Assembly (NCBI GenBank): GCA_016931955.1
Contig: JAFGDV010000041.1
Location: 1 to 35,424 of the forward strand
DNA length: 35,424 nt
Direction: 5' to 3'
Origin: Candidatus Altiarchaeota archaeon
GTDB taxonomy: Archaea > Altiarchaeota > Altiarchaeia > IMC4 > QMZM01
Under the pieces are notes generated by a model. The model was given only the letters and a program-made list of their open reading frames with translations. It ran no database searches and was not told where the DNA came from. Within the stretch, counting starts at the first letter, position 1; the number at the start of each line of letters is the position of its first letter. The position numbers were made by a program, and so were the translations under genes. Shown piece by piece: positions 35,347 through 35,424 of the stretch.

Positions 35347-35424
35347 AATTTTCGCAAGGGTACCGTGGACTTTAGTCCACGGAGGAATTGCGAACTATGT
35401 TAGTGTTCGCTTGTCTTGCGTGTA
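35347..35424 (+). mobile_element. Probable IS200/IS605-family left end (element continues beyond the window)
   Basis: TTCGCAA-GGGTA-CCGTGGACT-TT-AGTCCACGG-AGGAA-TTGCGAA (35351-35394), preceded by TTAC at 35343-35346; same core as 58-77. Confidence 0.6.

Overview
Archaeal chromosomal segment. Archaeal markers include eIF5A, a short archaeal-type GatC, class III-signal pilins, BRE/TATA promoters and GGTGA/AGGTG ribosome-binding sites. The QGAMEYLMTYGWAIL pilins together with amino-acid biosynthesis genes suggest a DPANN-affiliated lineage such as Altiarchaeota; this is inference only. Housekeeping genes: tRNA-Gly, tRNA-Val, hom with its ACT partner, dCMP deaminase, eIF5A, glmU, gatC, valS, hisG, a bacterial-type gap and a Nudix hydrolase. 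Surface genes: an AglH-like transferase, a type IV pilus locus interrupted by a membrane NERD nuclease, an Ig-like protein/GT-C/GT2 trio, a flippase, and a glycan cluster (transketolase-like, TylF, CMP-sugar synthetase-methyltransferase fusion, putative ulosonate transferase). The most unusual signals are four. (1) A family of structured repeats follows both tRNA genes, including a 121-bp REPIN-like inverted doublet flanked by a 14-bp duplication of the tRNA-Val 3' end. (2) Matching IS200/IS605-type subterminal hairpins sit at both window ends. (3) valS appears to start at ATC. (4) The transketolase homolog lacks the canonical acceptor-binding Asp and lies inside a CMP-sugar cluster. All calls come from reading the sequence and recalled motifs; no searches were run.
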